DNA of 64,000 nt from Azolla caroliniana. Lineage: Eukaryota; Plantae; Polypodiophyta. Of the stretch, positions 49,701-62,965 are shown in pieces. The stretch lies in assembly GCA_043228905.1 (NCBI GenBank), contig JBHGNT010000012.1, positions 17,298,001 to 17,362,000 of the forward strand, read 5' to 3'. Every line of letters begins with the position of its first letter. The first letter of the stretch is position 1. The notes below the pieces were generated by a model. The model saw only the letters and a program-made list of their open reading frames with translations, had not been told where the DNA came from and searched no databases. Position numbers and translations under genes: made by a program.

Positions 49701-50515
49701 TATAACAAAAAGGTCTAAAAGGAAACCCCCACCGGGGCGAAGGTAATGCATAGCAATCTCTCGAGCATCCCATACAAGACTGCCACAACCAATGATAAGG
49801 GTCTCTTTAGAGATGTATGCAAGCTTTAACTGTAACCACATATGCAGTAAATGGAATCCATCGAATCCTGTACGTAGAAATGTCACTAAAATTGCAAGTG
49901 TCCCATCCACATAAACACATGCCTCTCCTTTTCTAATAGTTAGGGTATAGAAAAAGAGTGGATCCAATGCCAAGGAGAATGCCCGTGCAAGAAGAAACAA
50001 TTGATTGAGTCTTTGTATACGTCTCCGACGAGGATCTTGCACTATTCCAAAGACCCATCGACGGCAGGTCTTCTGTACATTGGTCTTGAGAGGAACTTCC
50101 CTTGGTAAAGGATAGAGCGAGGAGCCAGCCTCCGCTTCCAAGAAGAGAGGATGGTTTTGCTCACAACTCATGGAATGAAAACGTGGGATCCCTTTCTGTG
50201 TACATGCATAGCACGGATCACTGTTCTCCCCCTTCGAGAATGATAGCTCAGAGCCATCATCACTAGAAAGTGTGCTTCCCTTGAACTTGAATGCTTTCCC
50301 CAATATACTGCGAACAAAAGTTACCAAAAATGTCTTATTCAGCATTAATTCAAGGGAAGAATGAAACCATTTTTCCACCAGATTGTACGATGACATTGTG
50401 TAGATTTTCTACCATTAAACTGATTGTACATCAATAAACGAAACTTAGCAGTGTAATGACAAAGTAAACTGAACCTTTTCATATCTGCAACAATCTTTTC
50501 TCTTGATTCTTTCAT
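46711..50515 (-). CDS. CNGC2: Cyclic nucleotide-gated channel, group IV-B, CNGC2/DND1-like; 8 coding exons, 715 aa
   Basis: Exons 50515-50475, 50307-49686, 49351-49136, 48566-48265, 48179-48068, 47971-47735, 47649-47563 and 47241-46711 total 2148 nt in frame. N-terminal CYACTQ.G.P.FHS.SC, LDPLFFY, pore IFWGLMTLSSFGNAL, CNBD GNFCGDELL, IQ motif IQLAWRRY and C-terminal RLRFYAAMF...QDHLE. The start codon is inferred. Confidence 0.93.
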
Positions 50516-51848
50516 GGAGTTTGAACCTGAGAAGAGCAGTGCAGGAGTGATATGAACGTATAAATTGCCTGTACTCCTACATTAAAAGAACAAAATAAAG
50601 CTGGGTAAATCTCCTTCCCATAGATCAAGTTTTGCACTTATAGAACAGAAGCCTTTTAACAATTGTTCAAACGATCATATAATGAAATTTGGGCAGCTTA
50701 ATAAGACAATTTAATCGTCCCAGCCCCATGGAAAGCTATCATTTTAAAGGTATAAGGTGAATTCTCCCTCAGAAGACCAAGTTTAATCAGGCAGGGTACA
50801 TAACTCCGATCCTATCATTTAAAGCTAAAAGGAAGCCTTTACAAAAGCTATCTCTAACATATATAAAGTTTTGTACATGGCAAATGAAGAACATATAGAT
50901 AAAATGTTTCATTCAAATATAAATGGAAAAGCTACACCTTTCTGTACTCAAACAACTAATTGGAGCTTTAAAATTGCATGGATTTTGTTATAGCAGAAAG
51001 AAGACACTCATGATCGGATGGTACCAAAGCCACAACAAGGCTTATCACTTGGCAAGTCACTAAAAGCAATCTCCGACAAAGAAGCAATACCATAACATAG
51101 ACCAAGTTTTGTTAATGCAAAGTAGCATCCTCTTATGACCAGTGTCTGAAAGCCATGGAAAGTTGATGAGCTATCAACAGATAAAAATTCCACTCCTACG
51201 AGAAGTGAGTTAGTATACCCTCGGATAGATCAAGCCATGAAAAGATTCTTATCCTGTGTAGAGAAAAGGAAAAAGGTATCAGTTACAGACATTCCTATCA
51301 AGACAACGTCATGGAAAGGAGTGACTGGTTAGAAAAGCTAGAAATCAGTTGCAACCATGGAAAGCTATGACAGGTTAAAAGACATGCCATGCCACGATGA
51401 AAGTTACGATTCAAGCTTTCGCATAACAATCTATGTAGATACACAGAAGGCCAGACATGGAAGAGAACATCCTGCATACAAGTTTGTTTATAGGTGTGCA
51501 TCGAAAGAGAACACCGTGTAAATATCCGCAGCAAGAGACAGACATGGCGTCTTGCAGTTACATAGAGCTTGAGAATCGCTTATATGATGAACAGCACGAA
51601 GATTTTGATGGAGAAGAACGCAGACATTTTTTGTAAGAATTTTTTATGAGAAGGAGACGGTCTTCTTCTCATCATCTTCTTGGCAGTAACTGCCGGCACG
51701 ACCAGATTACCCGGAATGAGTCCAGATCATTATATGATTCTACAGACCTGTGAGGAAGCTTCAAGTAAACTATGAAGGCATATCAGGCACTCTCTTGGTC
51801 TGATGAAAGCCATGGGAATGGCTAAGCTATATATGGCATTCAGACAAG

Positions 51849-51851
<3 letters not shown>

Positions 51852-51906
<55 letters not shown>
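51852..51906 (+). repeat. (GA)n microsatellite, probably at the start of a CNGC 5'-UTR intron
   Basis: About 27 GA units next to a minus-strand donor-like CAG|gtatgc at about 51911. Confidence 0.9.
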
Positions 51907-51907
<1 letters not shown>

Positions 51908-52216
51908 ATACCTGGATCATTTGTTCAAGAAGCAGCTGCAAGTAGTGAAGGGGAGATTAGGGTTTAGTATGCAGAGAAAGGGCTGGGGGAGATCCTTCCT
52001 CCTTTTCTTTTTCTTGTTCTTCATGAATCATGAGACCATGGGAGCAGGGGCAGAACAGGGGAGAAACAGGGGAAGGAAGGGAGAAAGAAACAAAAGAACA
52101 AAATGTATATCATATATATGTATGTATATGTATATGAATGAACCAATGTATGACACATGTCATTGCTTGCTTTTAACTAACTATAACTAACTCTCTTCTT
52201 CTCTCATACACACTCC

Positions 52217-52310
52217 TGTGTGTGTGTGTGAGAGAGAGAGAGAGGGAGAGAGAGAGAGAGAGAGAGAGAGCATTCCTTCCATCCATTACCCATGCCCCAC
52301 TCCTCCTTTA

Positions 52311-52341
<31 letters not shown>

Positions 52342-52384
52342 GTTATATGTCTCCTCTCTCTGTGTGTGTATGTTATATATTGTA

Positions 52385-52433
<49 letters not shown>

Positions 52434-52915
52434 GTTGTATGTAGATGTGTATGTGTATGTTGTATGTAGATGTGTATGTGTATGTTGTATGTAGATGTGT
52501 ATGTTGTATGTCTCATGTGTGTGTATGTGTATGTATATGTGTATGTTATATGTTGTATGTTGTATCATGTATGTGTGTGTATGTATATGTGTATGTTGTG
52601 TGTATGTGTATGTTGTGTGTATGTGTATGTATATGTGTATGTTATATGTTGTATGTTGTATCATGTATGTGTGTGTATGTGCATGTGTATGTATATGTGT
52701 ATGTTGTGTGTATGTGTATGTGTATGTTGTATGTAGATACGTATGTTATATGTCTCCTCTGTGTGTAGTGTATGTATATGTGTATGTTATATATTGTATG
52801 TTGTATGTGTGTGTATGTGTATGTATATGTGCATGCTGTATGTGTATATATGTGTATGTGTATGTGTATGTTGTATGTGTATATATGTGTATGTGTATGT
52901 GTATGTGCATATGTG
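52217..52915 (+). repeat. Compound microsatellite: (GT)n(GA)n followed by ~600 bp of degenerate (TATGTG)n
   Basis: Seen directly. It produces the spurious C/V/Y/M and H/I/T/Y ORFs in the track. Confidence 0.97.
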
Positions 52916-55900
52916 CTTTGTTGTTGCATTAGATGTTTTGTATGACAGGATCTTGATCGTTTAAAATTCTAGACAATGCCAATTCGAATGCTCAGTTGTT
53001 GCAGAGGGGTGAGCGCTCTGTAGTGAGCTCGCATGCACCATTATGTCTTCTCCGATGTGCTTCGATCCTCCCCAATGCATGCTATTGTTTCGAATGTTTC
53101 CATTGCACGAAGATGTGCCGATTTGGATTAACCCACGGGATATCGTACCTTTTCCGTCTCCTTTCCAATAATTACGAGCGCGTTCCTCCTCGACTCTCAT
53201 GCATTCAGACTCCACTGTCATTCGTGTAATCGAATCCTTCATCGACAATGTGGTCCAATAGTATTTTGATGAGCTGATATTCAAATCGTATAGCTTTACT
53301 ATTCACATGACATCAATCATTGATTGCATTTGTGTTTTTCCTTTGCAGTTATTGGAACTACTTATGTTTTTTCATGGTACCTTTTTTGCACTCCATTCAT
53401 AAAATGAGCTCGAAAAAGCAACATCCTTAACACACAACTTTTTCTAAAAGTCAAAAGGCCATATTTTTATATGGTTTTACAAAATAACTCAAATGATGTA
53501 ACAATGCGTGGATATGTAGTAATCATACTGTTGTAAGGAATGGATCAATATAGATTCTTTTCTTAGAGAACAACTAGAAATTATCAAGCATTAAAGAATA
53601 TAGTTTTTCCCACTGTCCTCGGTCATTACCAGCTCAACCGAGTCATATGTGTGTAACATATATGTCGATAAATCATATCATTTCGTTCATGTTTAAATAT
53701 GATTGGTCCTCCATTATTACTAATCAAGTTAACCAGCATAGAGACAATATAATCAATAGGAAGGAATCATGTTATTCACGTTTTGCCCTTGTATGGCTCT
53801 CTTGGATAACGCTATTACCTATAATTTCTCCATGTATGTAGTGTGGTGACCTTGAATTTCCATTTACTTAAAAAAACAAGGTTGTGAGAAAGTTGACATG
53901 CGAAAAATAGTGAGATTCAAATGATGGAAAGCAAACAAGGACGTAGAGTGAAACAGGTTGTAACTTTGAGAAACACATTGACACTAAATGATGTATATCA
54001 TAGGATGGTGGATTTCTAAGAACTTTTAAAGTGGAATAGAAACCTTAAAAGCTTAAGAAAGGGAGATGCAACCTTCCTTATTAAATCTCTAATTGCTTTT
54101 CATTTGACAATGATAGGATAATATCTTTTAGTGTAATAGAGGAAAGTCTGCTTAATAATGACGCCAAATAAGCAATATATATGTACTCTCCAGATATATT
54201 GTTAGCTTATGGCGAACAATCATATTTGTGTTGGTAAAGGTCTCTTTCTAGCTTCACTATCATTCCAAAGTTTTGCAAGTTACCAATATCTAAAGTTTCA
54301 TAGGGTTTTAAAATCAAATTTTAATATGATGAATGTTTTCGTCTTCTTCTTCTTCTTCTTTGTTTTAAAAAGCAAGAATACATGCATGCATTTGCATGGA
54401 CAATTCGAAAGATGAAAAGGTTTACAAATATTCTTGTTTTTCAATGAGGTGAGGAACATCGAGCAATATGAAATAGGTTGCAACTAAGAGGGTGATGACG
54501 CAATATTCCAACCCCTTCCTTTTGTAAAAGTCACAACCAAAAATTGTATACGGCTCATTTGATTCAAGAAATCGCCACGTGGATGGATATTCAAGAAGAA
54601 ACAAAGAATGATATAAAATCCCTTTGGCCAAAATTCAGTAAGAAAAACAACAATATTGTCTACATTATCCACAATTGTTCATCATGAAGATGTAGACAAT
54701 TTTCTTGATAAGCTTTAAGCTACAATTTCAGACACCTTTTGCGAGAAGTTGAACAAGAAGAAGAAAATAATAAACGGGGTAATATAAATGCGTACCAAAG
54801 TTCTTCTTTTGAACTTTCTACAAAGCATTGATATTCATGAGCATAGCTCAAACACACATTTCTGTATTGAACCTTACATCTCACGAATTTCATGCAAACA
54901 TACAAACACCTGCATACACTCTACGAAGTTCTACGAATGACGTATCTATTGCTCTCAAAATTCTTATGCCATTCACATGAGGTTGCTTGATTACTTCATA
55001 TAATTCCCTTAATTGAATTTTGATAAACTTTCGAGAGCAAACCTCTTTAAATGCATACAAATATACCACTAAGACCAAGTGAAACATCTATAAAAAAATA
55101 CTATTATGAGGATTGTAATACATTGATATGTCATTGCATTAGTCACACTAAATAGACGAGATCTTTTAAGATTATATTTCATATTTTACTCTCAAGGACC
55201 ACATAAGATTCATTGGCAAAAAAGTTTTGAGTGGGCCATTTTAAGTAGAAGACGATATAATTCATTGTATATGCATGTCATGATGAAGAAGACAACATTA
55301 CCACACATTATAATTATTTATTGATGTGTGTAATGATGGTATCAAGTTGGTAAGTTTCATGGGATTTAGTAACCATTGCCTAGTCTTATCACCATCCTTC
55401 ACCACAATGTCACATGACCTTAGAACCCCCATCAAATCCATCCAAGACTCATGTATGCACGCATTGATAATTGCTTTCACCAATTAAAGACACGACTATA
55501 TAATCAAGGATCATTCTCAAAGTAGATGCACAACAATAAAGATTTATGTAATGCTTGACGATGGATGCAAATCACTCCTTTAAGGGTTTGGGTGCAATGT
55601 ATATTGAACAACAAAGTGATTCAATAAGTCTGGATTAAATGCACACCACACAAAATGCACCCACTTTTTTTTTTTTCCAAAACAAAATATCCTTCCATTA
55701 GTTTTCAAAAAACCTGTAAGGTACAAACTACAAAATAGATGGAAAAGAAGAGAAAAAAGGACTATCCCTATGGCTAGCCATTGATCCCTCATTTAACATC
55801 TAAGGACTACAAAATGCACCCACTTGACATGGGCATAAGTTGATTTTTGGTCCAGCTCACTCACTCTTTACCTACCTATATATATCAATAAAAGTAAAAA

Positions 55901-55989
55901 TAAAAAAAGCCCCCAAAACCATAAACTAAAATAAAATACATACATATACACGTGAATTAGTCTGAGGGCTCTACAAGCATTACTACTCA

Positions 55990-56560
55990 TATTGATAATG
56001 AGATAAGGTTGGATACGATCAATTGGCATTCTTGCCTTATATTGAGACGAACATTCAGTGTTGACATTTGCAATGTAGTTTTCTAGGCTCTAGCTTTGTC
56101 CTCTTAGTATCTTCCCACTTCATCCTTTTCCACCAACCTTTCCTCAATCATTACATAATGCATAACATCGCCCGAAAGCTCTAAAAGATTATCCACGCGC
56201 CATCTTCTAAACCATTTCCTTATGTCAACAACCCAGCTGGATGAGATAATTTTACTCTTATGATTCTTTTGTAGTGTACATCCAACATTCCAAGCAAGAT
56301 TTGGTAATCGATGATTCAACATATTCTTGACTTTTGTAATGTATCTATATACTCATTGGAGTGCCAATACCTCTATAGACTGGACATTGGTTTCCAAGAC
56401 CATAACCTAGCAAGAGGTAGTGCATTTAACTCCTAATTGCCTCCTTAATAACATATTTTGAATTTTCTCAATCTCATTCCATGCATTAAGGGAGATGGTT
56501 CCACCCCATACTTCTACTCCATAAAGCATTACTTGAGAAAGGCATCTAGTGAATTAAGAG
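55990..56560 (-). mobile_element. LINE ORF2 fragment (post-RT region)
   Basis: Minus strand YGVEVWGGTISLNAWNEIEKIQ...HRLPNLAW..QKNHKSKI. Homologous to 57183-57641. Confidence 0.75.
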
Positions 56561-56684
56561 AAATGTTTGACGTAATAGAGAAGTGAGAAAATTGGGTTTC
56601 GAACCCAACATGTATTGTTAGTAGTGTCACAACTCACCACTAGAGAGAGAGAGAGAGAGAGAGTGAGAGAGAGAGAGAGAGAGA

Positions 56685-58025
56685 TTATATTATCGTCTTT
56701 GGAGGTCAAATATGAGTTCCTATGAGACAAAAAATATTACATTTCGCATGATACGTGTGAAAGTGAGTAGTGACTCTCGATGTTCAAGAACTTTACCAAT
56801 GAATGTTGCAATCGAGAGTGCACATGGTGGTTGTGAGAGGAATTCATGCAAGGATTGGGCCTGGTCGAAGAGATATGGAAAGCATGGTTGAATATGATCA
56901 AACGTAGAGCATTGTATCAAAGTGTGATACTGAGACTCGCGAACGTGTTTAGGGCAAAGTGTGCATAGCCGACCACTCTCATCACTTGTACCCCAACGCC
57001 CTGTCTCACATCACAATGCATGTGAGCTAAATCACATGGAAGCAATGGTTCGAATGGCAAATAACGGTATGGGCTCTAACATGTATCGATGTGTACGGTT
57101 TTCTTGTTCCGCAAAGAATATGGTTTTGTAGTTAGGTGCAACATGTGTAGTATAATGTGTGAAGCGTGAGCCCACATTTGTCCTATGTCATGATACATTG
57201 GCGTTGCAAAAAGGTCTCATTTAAAGAGGAATCTAGTGATGCATCATGAAGCAAGTGTCTCGCATCCCATCTACCAAACCATTTTTCTATATCTTGCATC
57301 CAACCGAAACACACAATTTTGCTTTTATGCGTCTTTTGGATCTTTTTGCTTGCTTCCCATGCAATTCTAGTAAGTCGATGTGAGGGACTTTTTTGAACCT
57401 TAAGCATGTATTCAACAACCCTTTCCATGGCCATGATCTCAATGGGAAATGATCTTGTCTCAAGGAGGAGTGTGTAGGGCGTTTGTTTCTTAACTTGTAG
57501 AATCTTTGTAAGAAAATGTTTTTGGACATTTTCAAACTCTTTCCACATAGATTTAGGGATGCTATCGCCCCGTACTTCCACCCCATAGTATTGGGTCACC
57601 AAAGTGTCGAAGAGATCTTTCTTGAGGACCCAACACTTCAAATCTCCAAGATTGCATGTGTTCTCAAATGCATAGTATGCTCGCTTACCCGCCTCTAAGC
57701 GGCGTCTAGCACATTCATTCCATCTATGATTTGAAGGAACTTAAAGGCCAAGATATTTGAAGCTTTCCACACATCCGAGTGGCTCATTGTTGTACATAAT
57801 GCATGGTTTATCTCTTTTTTGACTCTTCACAAGCATAATCTTTGTTTTAGAGCTATTGACAGTTAATTTAGTATGCATGCAATTTTTTTCCAATGCCTTC
57901 ATAAGCTTTTGTACATCTCCTAAAGTATTTGCAAAAAGCACTACATCATCTGCATATAGCAAAATCATAATCACAGCATTCCCAATGGTAACTTCTTCAA
58001 CACATGCTTCCTTTGCAAACTTCTT
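56685..58025 (-). mobile_element. 5'-truncated LINE (RT C-terminal half to 3' end; tentatively RTE-X-like)
   Basis: ILLYADDVVL, VNSSKTKIM, ESFKYLGL and YGVEV. A (GA)n tract at 56642-56683 abuts its 3' end. Confidence 0.85.
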
Positions 58026-58044
58026 GTTTTAGAGAGAGAGAGGA

Positions 58045-59650
58045 GAAAGAACGAAAAGAAAGAAAGATATATTAACGTCTTCTAAGGCCAAAATTGGCCC
58101 ATGAGACAAATGGTTTACAACAAAAAATGGGATATTTACCCATTCATCGAAAGTAAAAAATAAAAATAAGAATAAGATAAAAATAGAGCTTTAAGCTAAA
58201 TAGTTCTAGTAAAATAACAAACATGCTTTATATAAAAAAACATGTTCTACAATGAAAATGATGTTATACTAGGCCCAATTTCATTTCCATCCAAGTTTCT
58301 CGAAGAGAAGCGGGAGGTCAAAGGGTTTCGATGTGGATGTGGCCCGTGGTCCCAATGTAAAAGGTACCCCAACCATAGCTTCTAGTTGACGTAGCTCATG
58401 TTCCCTTATCTTCTTAATATTTTTTACTTCGTGTCAACTTGTTTTGAAGCCCAACATCCAAGGGCGTTTGGTTGTTCTTTGCATTTCGGTTTCCTCAAGA
58501 GAGAAGCCGAGCGGCGTAAGTGTATCCACATTCATAGTCTCCCCTTGTTCCTGAAAAAATACACTAGTTACATGTTGATGAATAGTAAAAGAGTTATGGT
58601 TAACACTTTGTAATTTATTCTCCCTATGTTGTTTTAGCTCTAAGATATACCTACCTAGTCTCTTTACATCCGGGGTATCTAATAGTTTGGAGAGGGTGGG
58701 AGAGGGTCCTAATATGTCTTGGTATTCCTCTCGTATCTCGGCATAAGTTGGGCACTTGCATGTGAAGTGATACTCATCCTCTATCTCTATGTGGCATAAC
58801 CTACACAACCTTTCCTCTTTAGGGACTCTATTAGCCCGACCATTCTCAATCTCAAGTTGGTGAGATGATATCCTAAGTTGTCCAATGGCCACCATTAGTG
58901 CATTTGATAAGAATGTATCTAGATATCTTGGTCGTGTAATAAAACGTAACTTAGAGAAGTGCAAGAAATGTTCCTTATAGTACAACATTTTAGATGGGAG
59001 TGGCTCTCATGGGGTGATCCATTTATATCAAGTGTAAATTTGTCATATTTCTTGGCGTATCACTTTATTATGGTCTTCATGAGATATTAGAGTTTGATCA
59101 GTCCCATGGTTATACTTAAGGGGAGGTAGGTTATTAATTTCTATGCCGTTTGCAAGTAACCAACTCACCATAGTGTTATACCAAGAGCTAGTGTCTCTAG
59201 ACGCATGTAGGGATCGGGATGCCTCAAAGGCTCGATGGGATATCCTATCTTGTGGTTAGCTATGTATCTGATGAATAAAAACTACCACTTGAAAAAGTGC
59301 TTCTACTAACATCGGGGGCAGATTGAACTTTGCTCTAATAATGTCATGTGGTACTATCGATTTGCTTTGGAGTCGACGTGATAACATCCTCACCAAAGGC
59401 CTCTCTAATTGCGTCCACATGAAAGATGGTAGACCTGGAGCCTGGAATACTACTGATGCATACATGAGGGAAGGGGTCACTAATGAGTCGAAGAGCCATC
59501 CCTTAGTCCGTGGCTCTTGAAAGTATGCTTGGTGGCATTGTCTCTCTAAGAGTGAGAGGGATGCATGCTCTCTCGTTAGCTTATCTTTGGCTGCCTGGGT
59601 CATCGAGAATTTACTTGAGTGAGCACTAGAAGTTACTCCCATCCAACTAC
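58045..59650 (-). mobile_element. Second LINE family, 3' part with C-terminal CCHC-type zinc motif
   Basis: LFDSLVTPSLMYAS and QLRISSHQLEIENGR...RLCRLCHIEIEDEYHFTCKCPTY. Broken by stops and frameshifts. Confidence 0.8.
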
Positions 59651-59691
59651 CTCAACTAGTTTATGAGAGAGGATTAGGTGACATTTACTCA

Positions 59692-59788
59692 TGTTAAGAA
59701 TTAGGTAAGTAATTAAGAGTTAATTAGTACCTATTATGTGATAAAGTTAAGTGCGGAAGATTATGTGATATGTGTGTGTATGTGTGTG

Positions 59789-59864
<76 letters not shown>

Positions 59865-60099
59865 CACTTATGAATAACACAATATGGGGGATGAGTAAGT
59901 ATATTAACTTAGCATTATCATCATCAAATACAAAAATACCCACAGTGAGGTATATATACATCTCATGTGCAAAGGTGCACATGTGTGAGTAGAATATAGG
60001 TACTAATGTGTAAGTCCTATATTAAATGTACTTAAGAGTGGAGGATCTAGAATATCCCACTTAAGTACAAGGTCCTATTTAAGGCGTTATAGTCCAACA
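59692..60099. mobile_element. Probable LTR (TGTTAAG...TCCAACA) containing a (GA)n tract
   Basis: Canonical TG..CA termini and a microsatellite at about 59793-59862. No matching TSD was found. Confidence 0.4.
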
Positions 60100-62499
60100 C
60101 TTCTAAGTTACTAGATACTATCTAGGTAACTACGAAGTTACATGGTTAACTAACTAACTAAACTAAGTTGAGCTTGATCTCTCAACACGCCCCCTCAAGC
60201 TCAAGTGTGAGGCATCCGACATCCGGTGTTGTTTTTGGCGTTGTATGGCTTTCGATGTCGGCTTCTGTGCGGCTTCCGTCCGGCCTTCGACTTTCTTCGC
60301 CGTGGCAATCTCGGGTCCTCCCCCTCAAACCGATGACGAAGGCTTGTAGTGTGTGGGCGAAGGCTGACTACTGCCACCCATCGTGGGTGACGAGCCGCTT
60401 CGGTGGAGCTCTTGGGCTCTTGTTCGGCCGCTACCTTCATCGTGAAGGCGTAATGACGCGCCATATACTCGTTGTAGCCGAGCCGAGTGATGAGATTCTT
60501 CTCTCTGGAAGAGCGTCAAAGTTTTTCGCTCGCTGATGTGAGCGCCTTCTTTACTCCGGGTGTACGCATGATGGGTACACCAAACTCACTGTCTAGTGAG
60601 GGAGCTGATCCATCCGAATCATTGTCGTCGGGGTGGTCGACTTCGTATTCGGGCATCTTACCTTTGCCTTTGTCCAATTTCATACTTGGTCGTGACGTGC
60701 TTGGGTCGCGTGGGGGCTCTTGTGGCCCACTAGGCTTAATCGGACTTTCTTCGTTCATATGCGCGAGTTGATCTTTGGCTTCTACTTCTTGTTCGGCGTA
60801 ATCCACATCGAGCATAGTTGGAGTCGAAGAGGTCTCTGGTGCGTACCAGGATGCGTACTTGTCGAAGACTACGTCTCGACTTACGCAAACTTCTCGCGTT
60901 GATGGGTTGTAGCACTTGTACGCCTTCTTCTCGGACGAGTATCCTACGAGGATACATTCCTCCGACTTCGCGTCGGGCTTCTGTCGTTGTTTGTTCGGGA
61001 TGTGTACGTTCGCAATGCTTCTAAACACCTTGAGGTGCGACAGGATCGACTTCCTTCCGATGAGGAACTCGTAGGGAGTTAGCTCATGGACTCCATTGGT
61101 GGTGCACCGGTTCATGAGATAGACGGCCGTGGATGCGGCTTTGACCCAATAGAAGTTCGGCATGTGCTTCTCATGCATCATGGCGCGTGCTACCTCGAGT
61201 ATTTGCCGATTTTTCCTTTCGGCGACTCCATTTTGTTAGGGTGTGTGTCGGCATGAGAATTCTCTCCTAATGCCTTCACTTTGGAGGTAGGAGGTGAATT
61301 CGTCGGAGAAGTACTCATTGCCTCCATCCGATCGTAGGCATCGAATGTGCCGACCGGTTTCTTTTTCGACTTGCCCCTTGAGCTTTTGGAAGTGGGAGAG
61401 CACTTCGCTTTTCTTCTTCATCGGGTAGATCCATGCGTAGCGTGAGTAGTCGTCAATGAAGGTTATGTAGTATCGGCATCTGCCGATCGTTGGCATTTGA
61501 GCTGGTCCCCATACATCTGAGTGTATGACGTCGAGGAGGCCTTTGCTTGCGGAGCTCTCCTTTGGGAATGGGAGTTGATGTTGTTTGCCGAGTTGACACG
61601 CTTTGCATACTCGGTCGACTCGTTTCGACTCGAATCTCGGAAGTCCGATGACGACTCCCTTGGTTTGCATCGCTCGAAACCGTTGGAGGTTTATGTGGCT
61701 GATTCTCTTGTGCCACAACTCAATGCTTACAGTCTCGGTTTTGAGACCTTTAGCGTACATTGCCGATTTCACCTTGTTCGAATCAAGGATGAACATTTGG
61801 CCGTCTCTCCACCCCTTAACTATGAGTCCGTCGTCTTTCTCAATGAAACAACCTTCATTGTTGAAGCGGACTTGCATACCTTGCTCCATGATTTGGCCGA
61901 CGGAGACCAAATTCTTCGTTATTGTGGGCACGTGCAAGACATTCTTGATGCAAGTTTGTTCACCTTCTTTCCCGAATGGGACATTTGGCGGTGTAGTCCG
62001 ACACAGACATGTCTTTTTGCCGAATGTTGTTCAACTCTTGTCGGAGTTGAAGCTTTCGGGCGGTTGTGTTGGCGGCGAACATTTTCTTTAAGTTCTCCCA
62101 CGCCTCTTTGGGCGTCTTGGCGTCTCGAATGTGGCTAAGTATGTGGTCGTGGACACATGTTGCCAAGCAATACATGACTCGACTCGCTGCTTGCTCCCAT
62201 GTTGCATCGTTGACATTTTTCGAGTCGAGTCAATTTTCTTGAGTGCCGTTGATGTAGCTCCAATACCCTTGTCCGACGAGGTATTGGGTCATCTTGTACT
62301 CCCAAGATGAATAATTGCTTTGGTCTAGCTTTTCACTAGGGAGTGAGCTACCCATTTGTGTGTTCATGTTGATTGTGTCTTCTCTTCTTTTGCTTTTCTT
62401 CTTTCGATCACGTACACGTGCTACGTAGCGGCACTACGGTAGCCGATAACCGGATTTTGTCGTCGGCGTCTCGAACACATAATCACGGAGTCGGGTGGG
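60100..62499 (-). mobile_element. Internally deleted Ty1/copia element (gag N-terminus, integrase, PPT, partial 3' LTR)
   Basis: gag from ATG 62367 (EKLDQSNYSSWEYKM, KTPKEAWENL). LWHKR..H..C..C, HSDVWGP, FIDDYSR, LRSDGGNEY, VAERKNR and SRDVVFD. PPT TTGAGGGGGCG followed by TGTTGAG at 60187. Protease and RT/RNase H are missing. Confidence 0.9.
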
Positions 62500-62965
62500 T
62501 GTCAGGAACTCTATTAAGGCAGAGAAGGAATTAGTACTAAAAGAAGGATTAGTACTATTGTTGGGGAATAGTACTAAGACAGAGAAGGATTAGTACTATG
62601 AGAGGTGTCGAACTTTGAGAGAAGGAATGAGTGAGTGAGAGAGAGAGAGAGAGAGAGAGAATGATGATGCGAAAGATATATGTATTATATGACGGAAGAT
62701 ATACAACAGTAGTTAGAAGGCTTAAGACTGGCGTTGAACCGATTTGGTTCGAACTAATGCCTTGCGCCTCCTTTTATAGTGTCTTCAGGAATACTCCTGA
62801 AGTTTCTAGAATGTTCCAGAGAAATCTGGAATATACATCAATTTCCTAATAAAACCTAAATGAAAATAATATCCTTCAAATTACAACTCATAACCTAATG
62901 GTAAAGTCTCGACCCGTGTAACAAAAGGTTATGGGTTCGAGTCTAGTTATGACATAGTTATGACA
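62500..62965 (-). repeat. 3' LTR of a chromovirus inserted in the Copia 5' leader
   Basis: Termini TGTCA...TGACA, an adjacent PPT AAAGGGGGGATAG (minus, 62966-62978), and an internal (GA)n. The expected TSD on the left is GTGGG (62495-62499). Confidence 0.8.

Noticed and set aside
49593-50396. CNGC start codon at 50396
   Set aside because: The first 30 codons include a clear acceptor (gttcgcag at 50308) that splices in frame to an upstream exon with an ATG at 50515.
52218-52964. Cys/Val/Tyr/Met-rich and His/Thr-rich ORFs
   Set aside because: Translation artefacts of the (TATGTG)n microsatellite.
54400-55090. Short minus-strand ORFs as a possible gene
   Set aside because: No recognisable motifs or consistent splice structure. 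Probably a decayed repeat.
62480-62515. Unusual non-tRNA PBS for the Copia element
   Set aside because: TGTCAGGAAC at 62500 is better explained as the terminus of the inserted chromovirus LTR. The Copia PBS should lie beyond the window.
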